From: an uncultured Candidatus Rokubacteria bacterium
Lineage (GTDB): Bacteria; Methylomirabilota; Methylomirabilia; Rokubacteriales; CSP1-6
NCBI GenBank assembly: GCA_963758635.1
Contig: CAVWWD010000005.1
Span: 640,001 to 704,000 of the forward strand
DNA: 64,000 bases
Reading direction: 5' to 3'
The notes under the pieces were generated by a model that ran no database searches, was not told the DNA's origin, and saw only the letters and a list, made by a program, of their open reading frames with translations. This document shows positions 29,678 to 40,600 of the stretch, piece after piece (positions within the stretch are counted from its first letter, which is position 1; each line of letters begins with the position of its first letter). A program made the position numbers and the translations under genes.

Positions 29678-29971
29678 ATGAGCGCGGAGCACTTCTGGCT
29701 GTCGGTGGGATTCCTCGGGCAGGCGTTCTTCTCGATGCGCTTCCTCGTCCAGTGGGTGGCCTCGGAGCGCAAGGGCGAGAGCATCGTGCCCACCTCGTTC
29801 TGGCTCTTCTCGATCGGCGGCGGCCTCACGATGCTGATCTACGCCATCTACCGCCTCGATCCGGTCTTCATCGTCGGACAGGCCGCCGGCCTCGTGGTGT
29901 ACCTCCGTAACCTCTATCTCATCCAGCGTGGCGCAGCAGGGCTCCACCGCGCGGGCGCCAACGCGGCATGA
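29678..29971 (+). CDS. Lipid A biosynthesis N-terminal (LAB_N) domain membrane protein
   Basis: GFLGQAFFSMRFLVQW, FWLFSIGG, DPVFIVGQ, YLRN. Confidence 0.88.
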   Translation: MSAEHFWLSVGFLGQAFFSMRFLVQWVASERKGESIVPTSFWLFSIGGGLTMLIYAIYRLDPVFIVGQAAGLVVYLRNLYLIQRGAAGLHRAGANAA

Positions 29972-29988
29972 GCCGGCCAGGAGCGACC

Positions 29989-31208
29989 ATGGACGCGACG
30001 CAGTGGGGAGTGACGCAGAGCCGCCCGATCCTCATGATCCCGGGCCCGACCGAGCTGCCGTTCCCGGTGATCCAGGCGATGAACCAGCCGGCCACCATCC
30101 AGTACGACACGAACTTCGACGTGAACGTGCTGGAGCCGGTGACCCTCGGCCTCCGCGACATCTTCCAGGCCGGCCCGGGCGAGGTCATCATCATGCCGGG
30201 CTCGGGGCGCACGTCGCTGGAGGCGGGCGCGGTGTCGGTGATGGAGCCGGGCGACCGCGTCATCGTGATCGTGGCCGGCGTGTTCGGCGTGCTCATGCGC
30301 GAGATCATGACGCGCGTGGGCGCGGAGGTCACCGAGTTCGCGGTGGAGTGGGGCCGTCCCATCGACCTCGCCCGGCTCGAGCGGGAGATCGAGCGCGTGC
30401 GGCCGAAGGCGGTGACGATGGTCCACAACGAGACCTCCACCGGCGCCACCTACCCCGCCGAGGACGTCGGCCGCTCGTCAAGCGCCACGGCGCGCTGTTC
30501 TTCCTGGACACGGTCTCCTCGCTCGCCGGCATCGACGTCCGCACCGCGGAGTGGGGCGTGGACCTGAACATGACGGGCTCGCAGAAGTGCCTGGCCGCGC
30601 CGCTCGGCATGACGCTCGTCTCCGTGAGCCCGGCGGCGTGGGACGCCATGGAGCGGCGCAAGCAGCGCGCCTCGTCGCTCGTCTACGACCTGCTCCGATG
30701 GAAGGAGCAGTGGATCCCCGCCTCCCGCGGCGGCCAGGTGGCCGACGGGGCGGCGCGGCGCCAGCCCGTGTCGATCCCCACCCACCTCACCGCGGCGCTG
30801 GGCGCGGCGGTGCGCCTGATCCAGGAGGAGGGGCTGCCGCACCGCTTCCGCCGTCACGCGGTGGCGGGCGCGGCCTTCCGCGCCGGGCTCTCCGCGATGC
30901 GGCTCGAGATGTTCCCGGAAGCGGCCATCGCCTCCAACACCGTCTCCTGCTTCCGGGCGCCGGCGGGGATCGATCCCGCCGCGGTGGTCGCCCACATGCG
31001 CGACCGCCACGGGATCCTGATCGGCACCGGGCTCGACAAGATCCGCGCCTCGACGCTCCGCGTGGGCCACATGGGCATCACGTCGAGCCCGATGTACGTG
31101 CTGCCCACGCTCGGGGCCATCGAGATGACGCTCCGCGACCTGGGCTATCGCTCCGAGCCCGGCGCCGGCGTGTCCTCGGCGCAGGCCATCTTCTCGAGCC
31201 AGTCGTGA
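29989..31208 (+). CDS. Class V aminotransferase (alanine-glyoxylate/serine-pyruvate type; frameshift ~30470)
   Basis: LMIPGP, VHNETSTG, DTVSSL, GSQKCLAAPLG, RVGHMG. Confidence 0.88.
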
Positions 31209-32167
31209 TCGTCGTCCCCGACGACTTCCCGTCCGTCTTCCAGGGCAGCGCGGCCCACGAGCGGGCGAAGGCGCTCGGCGACGTGCGCGTCTTCATCGAG
31301 CGCGGGGCCGACGACCCGGACGAGCTGATCCGGCGCATCGACCGCGCGCGCATCGCGATCAACATCCGGGCCCACGCCCGGTTCAGCGAGGCGGTGTTCG
31401 CGGCCCGGCCGCACCTCAAGCTGGTCTCGGTGTGGGGCACCGGCACCGACAACGTCGACCTGAACGCCGCGGGCATGCGCGGGGTGACGGTGTGCAACAC
31501 CCCCGGGGTCAACGCCTTCGCGGTGGCCGAGCACGCGCTCACCCTGATGCTCGCGGTGGGCCGGAAGATCACCACGCTCGACCGCGAGATGCGCGGCAAC
31601 AAGTGGCCGCGCGAGATGCTCACGCAGATGCTGGGCAAGACCCTCGGCGTGTTCGGCATGGGCTCGATCGGCGCGCGCCTGGCCACGCTCGGCCGCGCCA
31701 TCGGCATGGACGTGCTGGGATGGAGCGCCCTGGGTGACCAGGCCCGCATCCGCGCCGCCGGGGCGCGGCCGGCCGACAAGGACGAGATCCTCGGCGCAGC
31801 GGACGTGGTGAGCCTCCACGTCCGGCTGACGCCCGAGACGCGCGGCTTCATCGGACGGAAGGAGCTCGGCCTGATGAAGCCCACCGCCATCCTCGTGAAC
31901 ACCGGCCGCGGCGCCCTCGTCGAGCGCGACGCGCTGATCGCCGCGCTGCGCGAGGGCCGGCTCCTCGGCGCCGGCCTCGACGTGTTCCACCAGGAGCCGC
32001 TCGCCGCCGACGATCCCATCCTGGGCCTGCCGAACGTCATCTGCTCGCCGCACAACGCCGGACAGACGCCCGAGGTGGTCCGCGACGGGCTCCTGCGCGC
32101 CGTGCAGAACGTCGAGAGCTTCCTCAAGGGCAAGCCCACCGACGTGGTGGTCGCCCCCGTCAGGTAG
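31205..32167 (+). CDS. D-isomer specific 2-hydroxyacid dehydrogenase
   Basis: GTGTDNVD, GMGSIG, NTGRG, GLDVF.QEP, SPHNAG. Confidence 0.9.
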   Translation: MIVVPDDFPSVFQGSAAHERAKALGDVRVFIERGADDPDELIRRIDRARIAINIRAHARFSEAVFAARPHLKLVSVWGTGTDNVDLNAAGMRGVTVCNTPGVNAFAVAEHALTLMLAVGRKITTLDREMRGNKWPREMLTQMLGKTLGVFGMGSIGARLATLGRAIGMDVLGWSALGDQARIRAAGARPADKDEILGAADVVSLHVRLTPETRGFIGRKELGLMKPTAILVNTGRGALVERDALIAALREGRLLGAGLDVFHQEPLAADDPILGLPNVICSPHNAGQTPEVVRDGLLRAVQNVESFLKGKPTDVVVAPVR

Positions 32168-32226
32168 CCCCCACCCGGATCGGCGGACGGCCGCGGCGAG
32201 CGCCGTCCCGGGAAGGCAGTCCAGCG

Positions 32227-34419
32227 ATGCCCATCAAGACCGATCCCCGCTTCATCGGCCGCGCCTGGATGACCCCCGACGCGCCCGTCGTGGCCGGGCA
32301 GCACGGCACGTGGACGATCACCTACGAGGTGGGCGCCTACGGCTACGACGAGCGCGCGCGCCTCAAGATCGCCTCGCGCTTCGCCTCGGACTGGGGGCGC
32401 CCGCAGTTCACGCGCCCCGCGGCCGCGGAGTACACCACGGTGCGCCTCGAGAGCCGCGCCGCCACCACGGTGGCCGATCTCGCCTTCGAGCCTCGCGGCC
32501 AGGTCCGGCCGTGGTTCAAGTGCCTCGTCGTGTCGATCGCCGACGGCTCGCTCTCCGCCGGCGACCGCATCCACGTCACGATCGGCGACACGAGCGGCGG
32601 CGGCCCGGGCTCGCGGGCCCAGACCTTCCGGGAGCGGGGCTGCGAGTGGCGGCTCTTCGTGGATCCGTTCGGGACCGAGCTCTACACCGTGCTCGAGGCG
32701 TCCCCGCGCCTCGACGTGGTCGGCGGCGGCTTCCACCGGCTCGTCACGGTGGCGCCCACCACCGTGCGCCCCGGCGAGCCGTTCGACGCGCTCGTGAAGG
32801 CCGAGGACCTGTGGGGCAACCCGTGCGAGCGGTTCGACGGCGAGGTGGCGCTGGACGCCCCGGGCGTCGAGGGGCTGCCCGCGCGCGTGGCGTGGCGGAG
32901 CGGCGAGGTCGCGGTGGCCCGCCTCGCCGGGCTCCGCCTGGGCGCGGCCGGCGCGGAGGCGCGCATCGCGGCGAGCCACGCCGGCCATCGCGTCGAGTCC
33001 AACCTGATCCGGACCCTCGCCGCCGGCGAGACGCGCGCGTTCTGGGGCGACCTGCACGGTCAAACGCGAGCGACGGTCGGCACGGGGACGATCGAGGAGT
33101 ACTTCGCCTTCGGTCGCGACGTGGCGCTCCTCGACATGATGTGCCACCAGGCCAACGACTTCCAGGTGACGGAAGAGGAATGGCAGCGCCTGCGCCGCGA
33201 GATCGACCGCTTCCACCAGGACGGCCGCTGCGTGATCTTCGTGGGCTACGAGTGGTCGGGCATGACCCCGGGCGGCGGCGACCGGAACGTGATGTACCGG
33301 GGCGACGTGGCCTCGCTCCACCGCTCGTCGCACGCCGAGGTCGAGGACATGTCGGACGCGGCGACCGACTGCTTCCCGGTGACCGAGCTGTTCCGCGAGC
33401 TGTCCGGGCGGGACGACGTCATGCTCATCCCCCACATCGGCGGCCGCTACGCGGACATCGTGGGCTTCCACGACCCCGCGCTCGAGCACGTGGTCGAGAT
33501 CTACTCGGACTGGGGGCGCTTCGAGTGGCTGCTCGAGGACGCCCTCCGGCAGGGCCACACCGTGGGGGTGGTGGCCAACTCCGACGGCCACAAGGGCCGG
33601 CCGGGGGCGAGCCACCCCGGCGCGTCCACGTTCGGCGCATACGGCGGCCTGACCTGCGTGCTCTCGGACGCCCTCACGCGCGACGCCGTGTTCGACGCCA
33701 TCAGGCGCCGCCGCTGCTACGCCACGACGGCGGCCCAGCGGATCCACGTGGAGCTGACCGTGGCCGGCCTGCCGATGGGCGCGGAGGGACGCGTCACGGG
33801 ACCGGTGCGGATCGCCGGCCGGGTGGCGGGCACCGGCCCCATCGAGCGGGTGGACGTGTTCCGCGGGCTCGAGCGGATCGGAACGGCGTCGCCGTACTCC
33901 GCGGCCTCGGTCGAGGGCTCGCGCCGCTACCGCGTGGCGTGGGCGGGATCGCGCGTGCGGGGCCGTGACCGACTCACGGTCTGGGACGGGCACTGCGAGC
34001 TCTCGGCCGGGCGCATCCTCGACGCGGTGCCGTTCGCCATGGAGAACCCGGAGAAGGGCATCGCTTCGCTCAGCGACGCCAAGGTCCGCTGGATCTCCAA
34101 CACCACCGGCGACGACGACGGCGTGGACCTCACGCTGGACGCCCCCGCCGGCGCCGTGCTGGCCTTCCGCACCCCGGTGCTGAACCTCGACGTGCCGCTG
34201 GCCGACCTCGCCGGCGGCGACACGCGCACCTTCCCCGCGGGCGGCGTGGACCTGCGCGTGTTCATGCGCCGCCTGCCCGCGCGCGACCAGACGCCGGAGA
34301 TCCGGTTCGACGTGACCGACCCCACGCCGCCCCGTGGCGCCCGGCACGCGTACTGGATCCGCGTGACCCAGGAGGACGGAGCCCAGGCGTGGACGAGCCC
34401 GGTGTACCTCGAGGCGTGA
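32227..34419 (+). CDS. DUF3604-like PHP-type metallohydrolase
   Basis: WGDLHGQT, GYEWS, GDRNV, IPHIGG, NSDGH, AWTSPV. Confidence 0.78.
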   Translation: MPIKTDPRFIGRAWMTPDAPVVAGQHGTWTITYEVGAYGYDERARLKIASRFASDWGRPQFTRPAAAEYTTVRLESRAATTVADLAFEPRGQVRPWFKCLVVSIADGSLSAGDRIHVTIGDTSGGGPGSRAQTFRERGCEWRLFVDPFGTELYTVLEASPRLDVVGGGFHRLVTVAPTTVRPGEPFDALVKAEDLWGNPCERFDGEVALDAPGVEGLPARVAWRSGEVAVARLAGLRLGAAGAEARIAASHAGHRVESNLIRTLAAGETRAFWGDLHGQTRATVGTGTIEEYFAFGRDVALLDMMCHQANDFQVTEEEWQRLRREIDRFHQDGRCVIFVGYEWSGMTPGGGDRNVMYRGDVASLHRSSHAEVEDMSDAATDCFPVTELFRELSGRDDVMLIPHIGGRYADIVGFHDPALEHVVEIYSDWGRFEWLLEDALRQGHTVGVVANSDGHKGRPGASHPGASTFGAYGGLTCVLSDALTRDAVFDAIRRRRCYATTAAQRIHVELTVAGLPMGAEGRVTGPVRIAGRVAGTGPIERVDVFRGLERIGTASPYSAASVEGSRRYRVAWAGSRVRGRDRLTVWDGHCELSAGRILDAVPFAMENPEKGIASLSDAKVRWISNTTGDDDGVDLTLDAPAGAVLAFRTPVLNLDVPLADLAGGDTRTFPAGGVDLRVFMRRLPARDQTPEIRFDVTDPTPPRGARHAYWIRVTQEDGAQAWTSPVYLEA

Positions 34420-34860
34420 GCGGGGCGAGCGCTGTTCCCGCCGCGGAGGGGGCGCGGCGCGCCCGCGCGGCCCACCCGGGCGGGCGCTTCGTGGAGTTCC
34501 CGGAGGCCGCGCTCGGACGATCGATCGGTGAAGCGGCGCGCGATCGTCTGCGGCACCTCGGGCGCCGCGCCGGGACTTCCTGACGTCGCGGACCTGGAGG
34601 CGTCGCCGATGCCGGCCAGTGCTCGCCTGGACGTGGCCGAGGTCGACGACGCCTGGCTACGGCGCGCCATCGACGCTCGTGGGGCGATGAAGGCGGCAGG
34701 ACGGCGGCATCCGGACGCTGCTTCCAGCTCGGCGGCCAGTCGTGCTGGCCGCCGGATCGCGCCCGGCGCGGTGGCGTCGCGCTGGAGTCCTGCTCAAGAC
34801 CCTGCTCCAGTCTCCGACCGTGGCCGAGATGGCGGCGGCCATCGTCCTGCACGAGGGAGA
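34416..34860 (+). pseudogene. Collapsed relic of an NRPS-like adenylation/carrier-protein gene
   Basis: Fragments HPGGRFVEFPEAAL, LRHLGR..DF (A8-like), FQLGGQS(L)LAA, LLQSPTVAEMAAAI, broken by many deletions. Confidence 0.6.
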
Positions 34861-34890
34861 ACGGCGGGGCGGCGCGGGAGCGCCTTCCGG

Positions 34891-34919
34891 TTGACGGCCC
34901 GCGCCCCCGCTGGCATGAT
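34891..34919 (+). promoter_or_regulatory. Sigma70-type promoter of the ABC operon
   Basis: TTGACG-N17-CATGAT with TG extension. Confidence 0.6.
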
Positions 34920-34988
34920 CTGCGGGCTCGATCACGACGACGTGCGCCACGCCGCATGCACGCGGCGCCGGCCTGAGCGAGGGTAGCG

Positions 34989-35862
34989 CTGGACATCGTC
35001 CTGCAGCTGGTGCTGAACGGGCTCGCCGTCGGTTGCATCTACGGCCTGGTCGCTCTCGGCTTCGTGCTCATCTACAAGGCGACGGAGCTCGTGAACTTCG
35101 CCCAGGGCGACTTCATGATGCTCGGCGCGTTCTGCTGCTACATGTTCGTGGTCTGGTACGGCTTCGGCTACTGGGCCGCGTTCACGCTCGCCATCGCCCT
35201 CGTCGCCCTCTTCGGCGCCGCGCTGGACCGCGTGGTGCTCCGGCGGGTCATCGGCCAGCCCCAGTTCGCGGTGGTCATGCTCACCATCGGCCTCGGCGCC
35301 ATCTTCCGGAGCTTCGCCTCGATGACGTGGGGCTCGGAGATCTACACGCTGCCCACGCCGTGGAGCGCCAAGGCCACCCGGCTCGGCGGCGTGGCGGTGA
35401 GCCACGAGTACGTGTCGATCATCGTGGGCACGGTCATCCTGTGCGCCGGGCTCTACGTGTTCTTCACGCACACGCGGGTGGGCGTGGCCATGCAGGCGGC
35501 CTCGCAGAACCAGCTCGCCGCGTACTACATGGGCATCCCGGTCAAGCGCGTGTTCTCCCTCATCTGGGCCATCTCCGCCGGGCGTCGCCACCATCGCCGG
35601 CGTGCTGCTCGCGCCCGTCTCGCTGATCGACATCAACCTGGGGTTCATCGGGCTCAAGGCGTTCGCCGCCGCCGTCCTCGGCGGCTTCGGGTCGATCCCC
35701 GGGGCGCTCGCCGGCGGCATCACCATCGGGCTCATCGAGCTGTTCTCCGGCGCCTACCTGCCGCAAGGCGTGAAGGACGTGGCGGCCTACGTGGTGCTGC
35801 TGGTCGTGCTCGCGATCCGCCCGCAGGGCATGTTCGGCTCGGTGGGACGGAAGAAGGTCTAG
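34989..35862 (+). CDS. Liv-type ABC permease, LivH-like (frameshift ~35580; possible CTG start)
   Basis: YGLVALGFVLIY, NFAQG, KAFAAAVLGGFGS, RPQGMFG. Confidence 0.88.
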
Positions 35863-35869
35863 GGGCCCC

Positions 35870-37012
35870 GTGCGCTTCGTCTTCCGGACCTCCTACGTGC
35901 AGGACCTCGGCCTCTTCCGCGACGGCGTCCAGCGCAAGTGGTACGCGGCGCTCCTCGCCGGATGCCTCGTGCTGCCCTGGGTGGTTCCCGACTACCTGGT
36001 CGACGTGAGCCTCGTCTTCATCTACGGCATCTGCGGCGTCTCGCTGATGGTGCTCGCGGGCTACACCGGCCTCGTCAGCCTGGGCCACGCCGCGTTCCTG
36101 GGCATCGGCGCCTACGCCCACGTCTACTTCGTCCAGGACCTCCACCTGCCCTGGGTGGTCTCGATGGTCCTGGCCGCCGCCATCACCGCCGCCGTCGGCA
36201 TCCTGGTGGGCCTGCCCGCGCTGCGCATGACCGGCGTGTACCTGACCATCGCCACGCTGGCCTTCGCGCTCATCATCCAGGAGGTCCTGACCCACTGGGA
36301 GACGGTGACGGGCGGCCTCAAGGGCAAGGCGGTGGCCAAGCCCATCGTCTTCGGCGTGTCGTTCGCGCGGAACGACGCGTTCTACTTCCTCTGTCTGGCC
36401 ATGCTCATCGGCGCCCTCTGGCTCACCCAGAACCTGCTGCGCACGCCCACCGGGCGCGCGTGGGTCGCGATCCGCGACAGCGAGATCGCCGCGCAGTCGA
36501 TGGGCGTCAACCTCGCCGCGTACAAGACGATGGCCTTCGCCTACTCCGCGGGCCTGATCGGGGCCGCCGGCGCGCTCTTCGCCCACAAGGTGGGCTACCT
36601 GGCGCCCGACATCTTCACCGTGCTGCTCTCGATCCAGTTCCTGCTGATGGTGGTGGTCGGCGGCCTCGGCAGCCTGCACGGCGCCATCTACGGCGCGGTG
36701 TTCGTGGCCATGCTCCCCGTGCTCATCTCCGAGACGCGCGACTCGCTGCCCGCCGGGCTCGGCCGGGTCGCCTCCGTGTTCGGCGCCGACGCGGGCAACG
36801 CGGTGGCGGGCGCGGTGGACCGCCTGGTGAAGCAGCCCGGGCTCGAGGCGGGCATCTTCGGCCTCATCCTGGTGCTGTTCATCCTCTTCGAGCCGCTCGG
36901 CATCTACGGGCGCTTCATGAAGCTCAAGCTCTACTTCTCCATGTTCCCGCTCTACAAGCGGGCCACGTTCAAGCGCCAGAAGACCTACATGCGCTCGGAG
37001 CGCCTGCGGTGA
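35870..37012 (+). CDS. Liv-type ABC permease, LivM-like
   Basis: GYTGLVSLGHAAF, YLTIATLAF, GRAWVAIRD. Confidence 0.9.
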   Translation: MRFVFRTSYVQDLGLFRDGVQRKWYAALLAGCLVLPWVVPDYLVDVSLVFIYGICGVSLMVLAGYTGLVSLGHAAFLGIGAYAHVYFVQDLHLPWVVSMVLAAAITAAVGILVGLPALRMTGVYLTIATLAFALIIQEVLTHWETVTGGLKGKAVAKPIVFGVSFARNDAFYFLCLAMLIGALWLTQNLLRTPTGRAWVAIRDSEIAAQSMGVNLAAYKTMAFAYSAGLIGAAGALFAHKVGYLAPDIFTVLLSIQFLLMVVVGGLGSLHGAIYGAVFVAMLPVLISETRDSLPAGLGRVASVFGADAGNAVAGAVDRLVKQPGLEAGIFGLILVLFILFEPLGIYGRFMKLKLYFSMFPLYKRATFKRQKTYMRSERLR

Positions 37013-37770
37013 CCGCGCTCTTCCGCGCCGAGGACCTCGCCATCAACTTCGGCGGGATCCGGGCCGTGGACGGCGTGACGTTCGAGGTGGAGGCGGGCCA
37101 GGTCTTCACGATCATCGGGCCGAACGGCGCGGGCAAGACGACGATCTTCAACCTGGTGAGCCGCATCTACGACTCCACGCAGGGCCGGCTCTTCTTCCGG
37201 GGCGAGGACATCACCCGCGTGCCCCCGCACGAGATCGCCCGGCGGGGCATCGCGCGGACCTTCCAGAACATCGAGCTGTTCGAGCACGCCACCGTGCTGC
37301 AGAACCTGCTGCTCGGGCGCCATGCCCATCGGAAGTCGCGGTTCCTCCAGGAGCTCCTCTGGCTGCCACGCGTGCGCGCCATGGAGATGGCCCACCGCGA
37401 GGCCGCGGAGAAGGTCATCGACTTCCTCGACCTGCAGCCGTACCGGGACAGCCTGATCGTCAACCTGCCCTACGGCGTCCGGAAGGTGGTGGAGGTGGGC
37501 CGCGCGCTCTGCGCCGAGCCGTCGCTGCTGCTCCTCGACGAGCCGTCCTCCGGCCTCAGCGTGGAGGAGACCGCGGAGATGGCGTTCTGGATCCAGGACA
37601 TCCGCGCGCTCCTCGGGATCACGGTGCTCATGGTCGAGCACGACATGAGCCTGGTGTCCGCGGTGTCCGACCGCGTGCTCGCGCTGAACGACGGGCGGCC
37701 CATCGCCGAGGGCACGGCGCGCGAGGTGCAGGAGCACCCGGAGGTCGTCCGCGCCTACCTGGGCGGATGA
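37009..37770 (+). CDS. ABC ATP-binding protein, LivG-like
   Basis: GPNGAGKTT, RTFQN, LLLLDEP, VEHDM. Confidence 0.92.
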   Translation: MTALFRAEDLAINFGGIRAVDGVTFEVEAGQVFTIIGPNGAGKTTIFNLVSRIYDSTQGRLFFRGEDITRVPPHEIARRGIARTFQNIELFEHATVLQNLLLGRHAHRKSRFLQELLWLPRVRAMEMAHREAAEKVIDFLDLQPYRDSLIVNLPYGVRKVVEVGRALCAEPSLLLLDEPSSGLSVEETAEMAFWIQDIRALLGITVLMVEHDMSLVSAVSDRVLALNDGRPIAEGTAREVQEHPEVVRAYLGG

Positions 37771-37781
37771 GGGAGGACGCC

Positions 37782-38555
37782 ATGCCCGACGCCCTCCTCA
37801 GCGTGAGCAACATCGAGACCTACTACGGGCCCATCATGGCCATCCGCGGGGTGAGCTTCTCCGTGCCCGCGGGGTCGATCGTCACCATCCTCGGCGCCAA
37901 CGGCGCGGGCAAGACCACCATCCTCAAGACGGTGTCGGGCGTGATGGACCCCCAGAAGGGCACGGTGGTCTTCGACGGCCAGGAGGTGGCGGGCCGGGAC
38001 CCCGACCGGGTGATGCGGCTCGGGCTCTCCCACGTGCCCGAGGGCCGCGAGGTGTTCCCGTTCCTGTCCGTGCGGGAAAACCTGCGGATGGGCGCCTACA
38101 CCCGGCGGGACGCCGCGGGCGTCGCCGAGGACCTGGAGATGGTGTACGGCTACTTCCCCGTCCTCCGCGAGCGGTCGGAGCAGCGGGCGGGCCAGCTGTC
38201 CGGGGGCGAGCAGCAGATGCTGGCGATCAGCCGGGCCCTGATGGCCCGGCCCAAGATGATGCTCCTGGACGAGCCGTCGCTGGGGCTCTCGCCCAAGCTC
38301 GTCAAGGAGATCTTCGAGATCATCGGGCGGATCAACCGCGAGCGCGGCGTCACGGTGCTGCTGGTGGAGCAGAATGCTAACATGGCGCTGCACACCGCCC
38401 AGTACGGGTACGTCCTGGAGGTCGGCCGCATCGTCATGGAAGGGCCGTGCGACCAGCTCCGCGAGAAGGACGACATCAAGGAGTTCTACCTCGGCGCGAA
38501 GGAGGAGAGCGTCCGGGGCACGCGCCGCTGGAAGCGCAAGAAGACGTGGCGCTGA
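37782..38555 (+). CDS. ABC ATP-binding protein, LivF-like
   Basis: GANGAGKTT, LSGGEQQM, LDEPSLGL. Confidence 0.92.
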   Translation: MPDALLSVSNIETYYGPIMAIRGVSFSVPAGSIVTILGANGAGKTTILKTVSGVMDPQKGTVVFDGQEVAGRDPDRVMRLGLSHVPEGREVFPFLSVRENLRMGAYTRRDAAGVAEDLEMVYGYFPVLRERSEQRAGQLSGGEQQMLAISRALMARPKMMLLDEPSLGLSPKLVKEIFEIIGRINRERGVTVLLVEQNANMALHTAQYGYVLEVGRIVMEGPCDQLREKDDIKEFYLGAKEESVRGTRRWKRKKTWR

Positions 38556-38613
38556 GGCCGGCGCGCCGCCGCGAGCGTCGCCGGAGCAACCGGGGACCCG
38601 GGGAGATCACGTC

Positions 38614-40478
38614 ATGAGCATCGCCGTCACGCCCGCGCCGGCCCGGCCCGACGCGCCGCCCTGCACCGTCCTCGGCCAGGACACCCTGCCGCGCCTGTTC
38701 CGTCACGTGGTCGGCCTGCGCGGCGACGCCCCCGCCATGCGCGAGAAGGCCCTCGGGGTGTGGCGCGCCATCACGTGGCGCCAGTACGGCGACCGGGCGA
38801 AGCACGTGGCCCTGGGCCTCGTCGCGCTGGGCTTCCGGCCCGGCGACGTCGTCTCCATCCTCGCCGACAACTGCCCGGAGTGGCTCTACACGGACATGGG
38901 CACCCTCGCCGCGGGGGGCGTCACCAACGGGATCTACACCACCGACTCCGCCTCGCAGGTCGCCTACATCGTCAACGACAGCGGCACGCGCTTTCTGTTC
39001 GTGGAGAACGAGGAGCAGCTCGACAAGGCCCTCGAGGCCCGGCGGCGCTGCCCGACCGTGGTGAAGATCGTCGTCTACGACATGGACGGCCTCCACGCCT
39101 TCTCCGACGAGCAGGTGATGCCCTTCGCCGGGCTCCTCGAGCTGGGCGCGGCGTGGGAGCGCGAGCACCCGAGCGCCTTCGACCGCATGGTGGAGATCGC
39201 GCGGCCCGACGACCTCGCCATCCTCGTGTACACCTCCGGCACCACCGGCCCGCCCAAGGGGGCCATGCTGAGCCACCGGAACATCCTCTTCCAGCTCGAC
39301 TACTCCGACTTCATCACCGACCTGCGGCCGGGCGACCAGCAGCTCTCGTTCCTGCCGCTGTGCCACATCGCCGAGCGCACGTTCACCGTGTTCAACCCCC
39401 TCCGCTCCGGCGCCACCGTGAACTTCGCGGAGAGCGTGGACACCGTGCCCGAGAACATCCGCGAGGTCGCCCCCGCCCTCTTCTTCGCGGTGCCCCGCAT
39501 CTGGGAGAAGTTCTACTCCGCGGTGGCGCTCCGCATGCAGGAGGCGACGTGGCTCGGGCGGGCCGCCTACGCGTGGGCCATCGGCGTCGGCATGCGCGTG
39601 GCCGAGCACCGCCTCGCGGGGACGCGCCCGGGCCGCGGGGCTCTCCGCTCCTCCACCGCGCCGCCGACTTCCTGGTGCTCGACAACCTCAAGCGCTCGAT
39701 GGGCCTGCACCGGGCTCGCGGCGCGGCCACCGGCGCCGCGCCCATCGCCCCCGAGCTGATCAAGTGGTACATGGCGCTCGGCATCGACCTGCGCGAGGTG
39801 TACGGCCAGACGGAGAACTGTGGCCTCGCCACCGCGATGCCCGCCGAGCGCATCAAGCTCGGCACGGTCGGCACCGCCCGCCCCGGCACCGAGGTGCGGC
39901 TGTCGCCCGACGGCGAGATCCTGCTCCGCGGGCCGCACGTGTTCCTGGGCTACTACGGCAAGCCGGACAAGACGGCGGAGACGGTCGTGGACGGCTGGCT
40001 CCACACCGGCGACGTGGGCGGGCTCGACGCAGACGGGTTCCTGACCATCACCGACCGCATGAAGGACATCATCATCACCGCGGGCGGCAAGAACGTGACG
40101 CCGTCGGAGATCGAGAACCAGCTGAAGTTCTCGCCGTTCATCTCCGACGCGGTGGTGATCGGGGACAAGCGGAAGTTCCTCACGTGCCTCGTCATGATCG
40201 ACCACGAGATCGTGGCCCAGTTCGCCCAGGAGAAGAACATCCCCTTCACCAACTTCGCCTCGCTCTGCCGTGCGCCGGCGGTGCAGGAGCTGATCGGGGG
40301 CGAGATCGAGCGCGTGAATCGCCAGCTCGCCCGCGTGGAGACGGTGAAGAAGTTCCGCCTGATCGAGCAGATCCTGACCCCGGAGGACGAGGAGCTGACG
40401 CCGACCATGAAGCTCCGCCGCGCCTTCGTCAACGTGAAGTACAAGAACCTCATCGACGCGATGTACGCGGAAGCCTAG
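38614..40478 (+). CDS. Long-chain acyl-CoA synthetase (frameshift ~39640)
   Basis: YTSGTTGPPKG, YGQTE, LHTGD, ELTPTMK. Confidence 0.9.
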
Positions 40479-40600
40479 GCTCGGGAACCGATGAGACGGG
40501 CGACGGGTTGACCTGCGTCGGACGGATCGACCGAGTCCCCGACCGTCGGGATCCTCCGCCCTGCGAAGGCGCCCCGACGGCAAACCAAAAAGGAGAACGC

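Noticed and set aside
31078..34347. 1089-aa minus-strand ORF and similar long antisense ORFs
   Set aside because: Shadow frames of GC-rich genes with no recognisable motifs.
40480..40600. Riboswitch upstream of the substrate-binding protein
   Set aside because: No recognisable riboswitch consensus; an Rfam scan would be needed.
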